Shown here in pieces: positions 47,498-56,160 of a stretch of DNA of 64,000 nucleotides (the first letter of the stretch is position 1; the number at the start of each line of letters is the position of its first letter). Origin of the DNA: an uncultured Thiotrichales bacterium (GTDB taxonomy: Bacteria > Pseudomonadota > Gammaproteobacteria > HK1); assembly GCA_964610175.1 (NCBI GenBank), contig CAZSVE010000003.1, positions 2,193 through 66,192 on the forward strand, read 5' to 3'. Below the pieces are notes generated by a model. It made no database searches. It saw nothing but the letters and a program-made list of their open reading frames with translations, and had not been told where the DNA came from. Both the position numbers and the translations under genes were made by a program.

Positions 47498-49951
47498 GCC
47501 ATGTCTTTTTCTTTACGCAAGCCACTTGAGCGAAGAAGTCCTCGTGAAGTCATCCTGATCGTGTCGGCGGCGGTGGTGTTGTATTTTTTGCTTTCCCTGA
47601 TGACCCATCATCCTAATGATCCCGGTTGGTCGCATAGCGCCGAAATCGAACGCATCGAGAATAGTGGTGGCCCGGTCGGTGCCTGGATCGCCGATCTGTT
47701 TTTTTATCTCTTTGGCTATCCGGCATACCTGTTCCCATTGTTGCTGGGTGTCATTGGTTGGTTGATATTCCGATTGTCCGGCGAAGGGGGTCGGTCCAAT
47801 CCGTGGTTTGTCATCGTTCGGGGTAGCGGATTTTTGCTGACGCTGATGGCGAGCTGCGGACTTGCGGCGACCCACTTCGGCGGGAGCGAGGTACTACCGG
47901 TGGATAGCGGGGGGATGTTGGGGAAGGTAATCGGTATCGGCCTGTTCCGGTCGTTCAATCCTCTCGGTGGAACGCTTGCGTTGCTTGCCATGTTTCTGAC
48001 AGGGATCACCCTGCTTACCGGTGTCTCCTGGCTTTGGCTGATGGACAATACGGGACGTTGCACATTGTTCCTTGCCGATAAGCTCCAGCGTGTCATTTCC
48101 ATCGGGCACGAATATTACCTGTCGAGCGGGCTCCGCGACACCCAGGCGGAGCTGGGTCGAACCGCGGGCAGGAAGCTCATGGGATTTCTCCAGGAGAAGA
48201 TCGGTGACGGGAAACCGCCGCAACCTCGCATCGAACCCGGTGGTATCGGGCCACTGACGTTCGATCCCGACGTGGATATAAAGGAAAAAAGGCAGTACAT
48301 GGGAGGCGGGCACCGCGTGGAAAAGCGGGGTGAGCAACGGTCATCCACGTCCCGGGAACAGCCGTCCCGGGGGCAACCATTCAAGCCCAGGGAACAGTCG
48401 TCGAAATCCCAGGAAACCATTTCCGGGGGCGCCTTGCCGCCCATTTCCCTGCTCGATCTCCCCGAAACCCCGATGCACACCGTCACCGACGAGGCATTGG
48501 GGGACATGTCGCGACAGGTGGAGGAAAAGCTCGGCGACTTCGGGATCGAGGCCCAAGTCGTGGCGGTATACCCGGGCCCCGTCATCACCCGCTTCGAGGT
48601 CGATCTCGCCCCGGGAACCAAGGTGAGCCGGATCACCGCGCTCGCCAAGGATCTTGCCCGCTCCCTCTCCGTGATCAGCGTGCGCATCGTGGAAGTAATC
48701 GCGGGAAAGAGCGTCATCGGTCTCGAATTGCCCAACGAGCAGCGCGATCTGGTCAGGTTGAGCGAGATACTCCATTCCCACGAGTACAAGAACTGTATTT
48801 CGCCACTTACCCTGGTATTGGGAAAAGACATCGCCGGGCGTTCCGTGGTGGCCGATCTCGCCGGTATGCCCCATCTCCTGGTGGCGGGAACCACCGGCTC
48901 CGGGAAATCGGTGGCCATCAACGCCATGATACTGAGCCTGCTCTATAAGGCCAGCGCCGATGACGTGCGCATCATCATGGTGGACCCCAAGATGCTGGAA
49001 CTCTCGGTCTACGAGGGCGTCCCCCATCTTCTGGCCCCGGTGGTCACCGACATGAAAGAAGCGGCGAACGCGCTTCGCTGGTGTGTCGCCGAGATGGAGC
49101 GCCGCTACAAGCTCATGTCCAGCCTGGGGGTGCGCAACATGGCCGGATTCAACCGAAAAGTTCGGGAGGCCAGCCGCGCCGGGAGGCCCATCCCCGATCC
49201 GTTCTATGCCCCTCCCCCCTGGGAGCCATCCTTCGATGAGGAGGATGGCGGTGATCCACCCGAGCCACCGACCCTGGAACCATTGCCCGCTATCGTCGTT
49301 ATCGTCGATGAGCTGGCGGACATGATGATGGTGGTCGGTAAAAAGGTCGAGGAACTCATCGCACGCCTCGCCCAAAAGGCACGCGCCGCCGGTATCCATC
49401 TCATCCTCGCCACCCAGCGGCCCTCCGTGGACGTGCTCACCGGCCTCATCAAGGCCAATATCCCCACCCGGATCGCCTTCCAGGTCTCGGCAAGGGTGGA
49501 TTCGCGCACCATTCTCGATCAAATGGGCGCGGAGCAACTTCTTGGGCACGGCGATATGCTCTATCTCGCCGCTGGCAAGCCCATGCCTACCCGTGTGCAC
49601 GGCGCCTTCGTGGCCGATGGAGAGGTACACAAGGTGGTGGAACATCTCAAGCAGCACGGGAGCCCCAACTATCTCGACGAAATCCTCTCGGGCGGCGTCG
49701 ATGGCGTATCCGAGGAAGGGGGCATCATGGGGGATAGCGACGACACCGAGTCCGATCCCCTCTACGATGAGGCGGTACGCATCGTTACCGAGACCCGGCG
49801 CGCCTCCATCTCCGGGGTGCAGCGGCGGCTCAAGATCGGCTACAACCGGGCGGCACGCATGGTGGAACAGATGGAGATTGCCGGTGTGGTAGGGCCCCTG
49901 GAATCCAACGGCAACCGCGATGTCCTGGCCCCGCCGCCACCGGAGGATTAG
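47498..49951 (+). CDS. ftsK: DNA translocase FtsK
   Basis: Start set at [10 protein letters not shown]. It has N-terminal TM helices, a Pro/Gln-rich linker, the motor domain (Walker [10 protein letters not shown], Walker [13 protein letters not shown]) and a C-terminal gamma domain ([26 protein letters not shown]). Confidence 0.95.
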   Translation, partial: AMSFSLRKPLERRSPREVILIVSAAVVLYFLLSLMTHHPNDPGWSHSAEIERIENSGGPVGAWIADLFFYLFGYPAYLFPLLLGVIGWLIFRLSGEGGRSNPWFVIVRGSGFLLTLMASCGLAATHFGGSEVLPVDSGGMLGKVIGIGLFRSFNPLGGTLALLAMFLTGITLLTGVSWLWLMDNTGRCTLFLADKLQRVISIGHEYYLSSGLRDTQAELGRTAGRKLMGFLQEKIGDGKPPQPRIEPGGIGPLTFDPDVDIKEKRQYMGGGHRVEKRGEQRSSTSREQPSRGQPFKPREQSSKSQETISGGALPPISLLDLPETPMHTVTDEALGDMSRQVEEKLGDFGIEAQVVAVYPGPVITRFEVDLAPGTKVSRITALAKDLARSLSVISVRIVEVIAGKSVIGLELPNEQRDLVRLSEILHSHEYKNCISPLTLVLGKDIAGRSVVADLAGMPHLLVAGTTGSGKSVAINAMILSLLYKASADDVRIIMVDPKMLELSVYEGVPHLLAPVVTDMKEAANALRWCVAEMERRYKLMSSLGVRNMAGFNRKVREASRAGRPIPDPFYAPPPWEPSFDEEDGGDPPEPPTLEPLPAIVVIVDELADMMMVVGKKVEELIARLAQKARAAGIHLILATQRPSVDVLTGLIKANIPTRIAFQVSARVDSRTILDQMGAEQLLGHGDMLYLAAGKPMPTRVHGAFVADGEVHKVVEHLKQHGSPNYLDEILSGGVDGVSEEGGIMGDSDDTESDPLYDEAVRIVTETRRASISGVQRRLKIGYNRAARMVEQMEIAGVVGPLESNGNRDVLAPPPPED

Positions 49952-50036
49952 CAAGATGCCGATCGAAAAGCCCTTTCATGGCTTCCACGTCTACCAATAG
50001 TGTCAATGCATATATTTGAAGAAGGAAGGATTGAAG

Positions 50037-51275
50037 ATGCGAGTATTCATGCTGCCGATACTTATTCTTACGTTTCTCACGTTTCCTGTCGCAAACCATG
50101 CGCTACCGCACAAATACCCGGATTATTCCGATCCGGTACCGGAAGGTTACACGGGAAAAACATTCCGCCTAAGTCAGGATTACCCGTCCTCCATGCCCAC
50201 CTCCGACCGCCCGTGGAAGGATATCGACTTCACGAAAAAGCCGAATGAGTACCTCGAAATCGTAAGAAAATATATCTATGAAGGCATGCGGGAAGCAAAC
50301 TGGGAGGTCGATAGAAATACCATCGGAAAATGGTATCACGTGCCTTGGATGCACGTCGGTAAAAATCCAAGAGAGTTCATCCATGGCATGACCCAGGAAC
50401 GCACATTGAATCCCGGAGACCTGGGACCAAGGCAGACGCGAAAGATTCAAAATTGGGCCGTCGGCTTCTACAACGACTATGGTGGATACACAATAGGGCA
50501 GGTTTGGAAAGACCCCACCAATCCCGATCCGGCTTCCGCCCGCTTCCCGACCGGCACGGTCGTCGCCAAGGTCCTGTTTACCGCAGCAACGGTCGATCAA
50601 ATCCCGGAACTGGCGGGAACCATACAATGGCAGGCCAATATAAACGCCACACTCGATAAAGACAGTCCAAAGAAGATCCAAATGCTAAGGTTGCTGCAAA
50701 TGGATTTCGGGGTACGGGACGCACGCGCCGATGGGACTACGGGGTGGGTCTTTGGTACATTCGTCTACGATGGCCGCGCCGATGGGGCCGACGGCTGGGA
50801 CAAAATGGTCCCCGTCGGTCTGACGTGGGGCAATGATCCCGGGATTACGCCAACCGGCGTTGCCAATGGCGCAACGCTCGAGGAAGTATTCTTGAACCCG
50901 GATGCGCCGGATTACGCAAGGAATCGATTAGGTTGGGCGGGTCGATTGAATGGCCCGGTGGATGATCCCGAGTCCTCGTGTCTCAGTTGCCACAGTACAG
51001 CGCAATGGCGGCCACAAGCCCAAATGACACCCATCGGAACGGAACGGGAACGCCTGCATTGGTTCCGCAACCTGAAACCGGATCAAGCCTTTACGGAGGG
51101 AGAAATCAGCCTGAATTATTCCCTGCAACTGGCGGCATCCATTCAAAACTTTTTCAATCCGAGTCTAAACCCGGCCATTCCAGCGAAACCGCGCCATCCC
51201 TCTCGGCCAAAAAAAGAAAAATACGATAAGAAAGATATCGATCCGTTCGATCTCGGCTATCCTATCGAGAGGTAA
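50037..51275 (+). CDS. Secreted hypothetical protein with a single C-terminal CxxCH motif
   Basis: Signal peptide MRVFMLPILILTFLTFPVANHA. There is one haem-c-type motif, CLSCH (ESSCLSCHSTAQW). I recognise no family. Confidence 0.55.
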   Translation: MRVFMLPILILTFLTFPVANHALPHKYPDYSDPVPEGYTGKTFRLSQDYPSSMPTSDRPWKDIDFTKKPNEYLEIVRKYIYEGMREANWEVDRNTIGKWYHVPWMHVGKNPREFIHGMTQERTLNPGDLGPRQTRKIQNWAVGFYNDYGGYTIGQVWKDPTNPDPASARFPTGTVVAKVLFTAATVDQIPELAGTIQWQANINATLDKDSPKKIQMLRLLQMDFGVRDARADGTTGWVFGTFVYDGRADGADGWDKMVPVGLTWGNDPGITPTGVANGATLEEVFLNPDAPDYARNRLGWAGRLNGPVDDPESSCLSCHSTAQWRPQAQMTPIGTERERLHWFRNLKPDQAFTEGEISLNYSLQLAASIQNFFNPSLNPAIPAKPRHPSRPKKEKYDKKDIDPFDLGYPIER

Positions 51276-51319
51276 AACAGGTTTTCAGCGCAAAGATCAA
51301 AGGCATCGACCTTAAGCAA

Positions 51320-51375
51320 TTTTGGTTGAATTTATGCGAAATCATGCTTTGTCGGTTTGAGGCGAAGCTTCGCTA
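51320..51375 (-). repeat. F1, 5'-module fragment (reverse)
   Basis: Reads ...GCGAAATCATGCTTTGTCGGTTTGAGGCGAAGCTTCGCTAG. Confidence 0.7.
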
Positions 51376-51400
51376 GGGTTTCCAATTGGAGGATGATTCC

Positions 51401-52057
51401 ATGACCGACGAAGAACTCAAGGAACTCGTTGCCGGTTTACTGGTTTCTCAGCAGGAGATTTTAGTCTCTCAGCGGGGAAATTTGGCTTTTCAGAAGGAGA
51501 CAAACGCTGGTATTAGGGAATTGCGCGCATCCCAACGGGAAACCGATCGGCAAATGAAAGAAACCGATCGGCAGATGAAGGAGACCGATCTGCAAATCAA
51601 GGAGCTGGGCCGTCAGATTGGCGGGCTGGGTAGGAAGTTCGGTGGTTTTACCGAAGGTATGGCCTACCCATCCATGAAGAGGCTGCTGCGGAAGCGTTTC
51701 CATATGGAGACCATTACCCCACGGGTAGAGATATCCCGAAACGGCAAACACATGGAGTTGGATGTGCTGGGCTATTCCAATGGCAAGGGAAATCGGGTCG
51801 TGGTCGTGGAGGTCAAGAGCCGCCTTACCCCGGAAGGCATCGATCGGATGGAGCGAACCATGACCCGTTTCGATGAATTTTTCCCGGAGCATCGGGAAAA
51901 GCGACGTTTCGGGATGATCGCGGCGGTGGATTTTTCCCCGAATGTGGAGATCCAAGCCCGTCGGCGAGGATTCTATCTGGCCCGTATTCAGGACGAGTTG
52001 TTTGTCCTGCAATCCCCGGAATCATTTGAACCTCGCTATTTCGGTGGCGTGTCATGA
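51401..52057 (+). CDS. DUF3782-type PD-(D/E)xK nuclease-fold protein with N-terminal coiled coil
   Basis: GGAGGA lies 8 nt upstream of the ATG at 51401. Repeated ETDRQMKETDRQMKETDLQIKELGRQIGGLGRKFGGFTEG. The nuclease-like core is MELDVLGYSNGKGNRVVVVEVKSRL (D...E-x-K). Confidence 0.68.
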   Translation: MTDEELKELVAGLLVSQQEILVSQRGNLAFQKETNAGIRELRASQRETDRQMKETDRQMKETDLQIKELGRQIGGLGRKFGGFTEGMAYPSMKRLLRKRFHMETITPRVEISRNGKHMELDVLGYSNGKGNRVVVVEVKSRLTPEGIDRMERTMTRFDEFFPEHREKRRFGMIAAVDFSPNVEIQARRRGFYLARIQDELFVLQSPESFEPRYFGGVS

Positions 52058-52249
52058 GCAGCGTTGCACCTCGGGCCGAAATAATGGAAACCAAGGGCTG
52101 TCTCGGTCTCTCGACAGAATATCGGGATCGCGGCATTCTCCTCGGCTGGCGATTGATATTTTTGCCAACCGATCCATCGAGAGGCCTGGAAGTGGGCAAG
52201 GTATGGGTTTTCGGTGTTGATCGAGAGAGTTCCGAACCCGAACCATATC

Positions 52250-52354
52250 CTGGCGAAGCCTCGCTTCGAACCGATGAAGCGTGATTTGATATTAGCAAAA
52301 TCAGTGTCTTGTAGAATTTGACTCGTTTGCGAAAATGAGCGGGGAATAAACGAA
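52250..52354 (+). repeat. F1, copy
   Basis: Reads CTGGCGAAGCCTCGCTTCGAACCGATGAAGCGTGATTTG...TTTGCGAAAATGAGCGGGGAATAAACGAA. Confidence 0.8.
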
Positions 52355-52646
52355 GCAATGCCCCGTGGAAATCGATTATCAGAACCTCGACGCTCCCCGG
52401 TAATCCCCCTCTCCCCCGAAGAACCACCCCACGACTTCTTCTCAGGTAGCGCCGCCAGCGGCGAGAATCATTCTCCGTTGTCATCTCCACCGGAAGAAGA
52501 CATCTTCGGATTCCACGGGAATATTCGCTTCCCGGTTTTTTGCCGCTGTATGTGGGCAGGCGGATCGGCGGAAAGGATCGTTTACTATAGGCGGGAAAGA
52601 CCGCATGGAACACGCCACGATAAGACACACATGACGAACCAAAAAA

Positions 52647-53786
52647 ATGCGACTGAAATCCGTTGAATACACTGAACGCCAAGGTACGCTCCAGGAGTGG
52701 ACGCTGCGCGGATTGACCCTGGAGGATATCAACCTGCTGGTGGGCAAGAACGCCTCCGGCAAGAGCATGATTCTTAATATTATCCACGGGGTTGCCCATG
52801 GAATTGTCGGCAGGCGCCCGCCGCCTACCCATGAACATTTTACGTTTGTATTCGACGAAAACGAGCTGGAAACCAGATACGAGTTAGGAGCCGAGAATGG
52901 AAAGCTCGTTTCTGAATGCTTTACGGTGGACAACGAGGTCAAGCTGGAGCGCGGCCCAGGGGGCGTAGGCAGAATCCATGCCGAGAAGGAAGGAAAATTT
53001 ATCGAGTTCCAGACCCCGGAGGACCAACTGGCTATCGCTGCCCGACGCGATACCCTCCAGCATTCGTTCTTCGAGCCGATGAGTCAGTGGGCCGATTCGC
53101 TGTATTTCTATGCGTTCGGTACCCCGTTGGGGAAAGATCGCGGGGCGGTACTCACCGATGATATATCGGGCGTGGATTCCAAGGATCCATCACAAGTAGT
53201 CGCTATTTTTCACAAAGGAAAAAGGCAATTCGGCGACAAATTCATCGATGCGGTGCGGGAAGACTTCAAGGTGGTCGGCTACGCCATCGACGACATCGGA
53301 CTCACGACGCCTCTTCGTTATATGGGAATGAATGCGCCAATCTCTGGTAGCGAATTGTTGGTGATCTATGTCCAGGAGGCCGGCCTGCCAGGGATTACCG
53401 AGCAAACCGAAATGTCTCAGGGAATGTTCCGCGCCCTGTCTCTCATCATCCAGATCGATTACGCCGTCCTCGTCGGCACGCCGAGCTGCATCCTCATCGA
53501 CGATATCGGCGAGGGACTGGATTTCGAGCGCTCCGTGAATCTCATCGATGTCCTGATAAAAAAGGCCAAGAACTCCGCCGTGCAGCTCATCATGGCCAGC
53601 AACGATTCCTTCGTCATAAACCATGTGCCTTTGGAGGTCTGTGCCTTTGTCGACCGACAGGACAACCATGTGGAGATCCGGAATTATGCCAACTCCAGGG
53701 AGATCTTCGACCGCTTCCAGTTTACCGGCCTCAACAACTTCGATTTCCTGGCCTTCGATTACCTGCGTGCGGAGGTCGAGGAATGA
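52647..53786 (+). CDS. ABC/AAA-type ATPase (AAA_21/AAA_15-like, SMC-fold)
   Basis: 379 aa. Walker A LLVGKNASGKS, signature-like MSQGMFRALSLI, Walker B SCILIDDIGEGLD. There is a long insert between Walker A and the signature, as in OLD/AbiL/PARIS-type ATPases. Confidence 0.8.
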   Translation: MRLKSVEYTERQGTLQEWTLRGLTLEDINLLVGKNASGKSMILNIIHGVAHGIVGRRPPPTHEHFTFVFDENELETRYELGAENGKLVSECFTVDNEVKLERGPGGVGRIHAEKEGKFIEFQTPEDQLAIAARRDTLQHSFFEPMSQWADSLYFYAFGTPLGKDRGAVLTDDISGVDSKDPSQVVAIFHKGKRQFGDKFIDAVREDFKVVGYAIDDIGLTTPLRYMGMNAPISGSELLVIYVQEAGLPGITEQTEMSQGMFRALSLIIQIDYAVLVGTPSCILIDDIGEGLDFERSVNLIDVLIKKAKNSAVQLIMASNDSFVINHVPLEVCAFVDRQDNHVEIRNYANSREIFDRFQFTGLNNFDFLAFDYLRAEVEE

Positions 53787-54574
53787 ACGGGTCCGAGGTG
53801 AATAAGTCGATGGTCAATAAGCTGGCCATCTTCGTGGAGGGCCGTACAGAGCAGATCTTCGTGGAGAGATTGGTTCGCTTCCTCGGGGAGAGTGTAGATC
53901 TGGCCATCCGCGTCGATGGCGCGGAAGGGGGACGACACAAACCTCGTCGTTTTATCCGGATGAGCGGAACCAGGGAAACGGAGGGATATGAGTTCTTCGT
54001 TCTCATCGTGAATTGTGGCCAGGACGCACGCGTCAAATCGGATATTCTGAAACGCTACAACCGTTTAGTCAGCCAGGGCTACCGCTACATCATCGGAATC
54101 CGCGACGTCCATCCCCATGACCGGAAAGATACCCACCATATTCGGCAAGGATTCCAGTTCGGATTACCCACCACGCCATGCAAGCCGGTCTTGATCCTGG
54201 CCATCATGGAGATCGAGGCTTGGTTCCTGGCCGAATACGCGCACTTTCCCCGCATCCACCCGAGCCTCACCAGGGCGCGAATCGGACGGGAATTCGGCTT
54301 CGATCCCGCCGAGGACGACATGCAGCTTCGCGACCACCCGGCCAGGGATCTGGAAGCCATCTACTTCCTGGAGGCAATCCCCTACGCAAAGAGCCGCGAA
54401 AACGTGGAACGAACCGTGGATAGCCTGGATTTTTCCCGTATCCGAGACGAGGTGGCGGCACGGATCGCCGATCTTGCAAGATTGACGGGGCTGATTCGGG
54501 CCTTTTTCACGTATTCCGAACAAACCGACAAGGTGTGCGATGAGTCCCTCCCTCGACCACGGCTGTCTGTGTAG
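53783..54574 (+). CDS. DUF4276-like (Toprim-like) protein
   Basis: 263 aa. Its start overlaps the ATPase stop (ATGA at 53783-53786). N-terminus LAIFVEGRTEQIFVERLV, acidic block IGIRDVHPHDRKD and MEIEAWFLAEY match my recollection of the DUF4276 pattern (VEGxTE...EFEAW). The stop codon TAG is supplied by the first bases of the F1 repeat at 54572. Confidence 0.68.
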   Translation: MNGSEVNKSMVNKLAIFVEGRTEQIFVERLVRFLGESVDLAIRVDGAEGGRHKPRRFIRMSGTRETEGYEFFVLIVNCGQDARVKSDILKRYNRLVSQGYRYIIGIRDVHPHDRKDTHHIRQGFQFGLPTTPCKPVLILAIMEIEAWFLAEYAHFPRIHPSLTRARIGREFGFDPAEDDMQLRDHPARDLEAIYFLEAIPYAKSRENVERTVDSLDFSRIRDEVAARIADLARLTGLIRAFFTYSEQTDKVCDESLPRPRLSV

Positions 54575-54683
54575 CGAGGCTTCGCTTCGAGCCCACAAGG
54601 CATGATCCATGCGGCTGGTGAAGCAAAACCGGTGTTTTGTAAAACTCGACTTGTCTGCGAAGCCGAGCGGGAAATAGACAAAG
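54572..54683 (+). repeat. F1, full-length copy
   Basis: Reads GTAGCGAGGCTTCGCTTCGAGCCCACAAGGCATGATCC...CTGCGAAGCCGAGCGGGAAATAGACAAAG. Confidence 0.85.
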
Positions 54684-55252
54684 TAGGCGCATCATCGTGG
54701 AGATCTGAAAAGGCCGGGCAATGGGATGTCTGACCGGAACTGACCCTGGAATCGGTGTCGGCATGGTCCCCGATATCGCGGTCTGTGAGGAGGCTGCGCT
54801 CCAGTGGGATTTTCGGGAAGATGCCATCGAAAGATGTCATGGAATGCGCCGTGTTTCCAAGGCGGGTCATGGAGGTGATCTCCCCCAGCCAATCCATCCA
54901 TGACCTGATGCAAAAAGCGGAAAAATTTCTACGGGCCGATATTCCGGACAATCTGTACCATAGAGTCGGAGGGAAGAATGATTATCATGGGATCGATTAT
55001 CGGAACAACCCCGTGTTTGCCACTGCCTATCTGGCCGAGGAAAACGAACATGAATCGATGAAATGGCTCGATGTCGAATTTCGGGATTTCTTTCTATGAA
55101 TTCGTGTTGTTTGTCGGTCTTTTCCCAGTAAGAAACCGCAATCTCCAGGAGTATCCATGACACCAATCGGATCGTCTCATTCCCTATCATGGGGTTCGCC
55201 ATATTCAGGGTCATATTCGGGACCATATTCAAGAGGGCATGCGCCTGGATAT

Positions 55253-55981
55253 ATGCCTCCTCGCCCATGCCGATACCGTGGGCGGCCTTCGACGGCAGTG
55301 CAGGTTTTCCTGCTTCTATGCTGCGTTCTATCGTTCCTGTGTCCTATGCCGGGTCGCGCCGAGACCGATGCCTCCCCGGTGATTTTGGAGCACCTGAACC
55401 GGTTTCTCCAGGAGGTCGACACCCTGGCGGCGAATTTCGAACAGGCCCTGTTCGATGAGGAAGGGCAATCCCTGGAGGATTCCAGGGGGATTGTGTATCT
55501 GGCGCGCCCGAAACGGTTCCATTGGGCATACGAGGAACCCTATGAACAGACCATCGTGGCCGATGGGAAGCGGGTATGGTTTTATGACAAGGACATTGCC
55601 CAGGTCATCGTAAAGCCCTGGAATTCCTTTTCACCGGACACCCCCATTGCCCTCCTGACCATGGCCCGACCTTTGGAGGAGATCTTCGTTGCCAGGGAGA
55701 TCGCGCCTGAGGAAATGGCCATGGGGGCGAGGTCTTCACGGCAATGGGTCCGGTTGACGCCGAAATCCTCGGAGGCCACGTTCGTCGACATCAGGCTGGG
55801 GCTCGGCAAGGAAACCGTCGAGGTCATGGAGCTGTCCGACAGTTTCGGACAGCTAACGCGGCTTACGTTCTCGAAGGTAGTCACCAATCCGAAATTGGAT
55901 CCCAAGATCTTTTCCTTCACGCCACCGGAAGGCACCGACGTGGTGGGCCTGGATGTCGAGGGTAAAAAATCGCATCCCTGA
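55253..55981 (+). CDS. lolA: Outer-membrane lipoprotein carrier protein LolA
   Basis: Track ORF 55157..55981, with the start uncertain. The mature part is collinear with LolA (LNRFLQEVDTLAANFEQ, GIVYLARPKRFHWAYEEPYEQTIVADGKRVWFYD, IFSFTPPEGTDVVG). Confidence 0.86.
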   Translation: MPPRPCRYRGRPSTAVQVFLLLCCVLSFLCPMPGRAETDASPVILEHLNRFLQEVDTLAANFEQALFDEEGQSLEDSRGIVYLARPKRFHWAYEEPYEQTIVADGKRVWFYDKDIAQVIVKPWNSFSPDTPIALLTMARPLEEIFVAREIAPEEMAMGARSSRQWVRLTPKSSEATFVDIRLGLGKETVEVMELSDSFGQLTRLTFSKVVTNPKLDPKIFSFTPPEGTDVVGLDVEGKKSHP

Positions 55982-56160
55982 CTCGGGGGACGGGGAGGAC
56001 AGGATCGATACCGAATATCGGTCCGGAAGGCCCACGGGAAGGTCTCGGTGGTTGGCGCAAGTTGGCCCCGAAAAATTCCCGACATACGCCGAGAGGTTCC
56101 GCGCCGACTCTTGTTTCAGCTACTCTTACAGGAAATTCGTGAACGCAGGATAGAAAGAAA

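Noticed and set aside
54755-55099. 114-aa ORF upstream of lolA
   Set aside because: The first half looks non-coding (Arg/Ser-rich). The last ~63 aa (MQKAEKFLRADIPDNLYHRVGG…) could be a small gene or gene fragment, but I recognise no family and see no clear SD. I left it unannotated.
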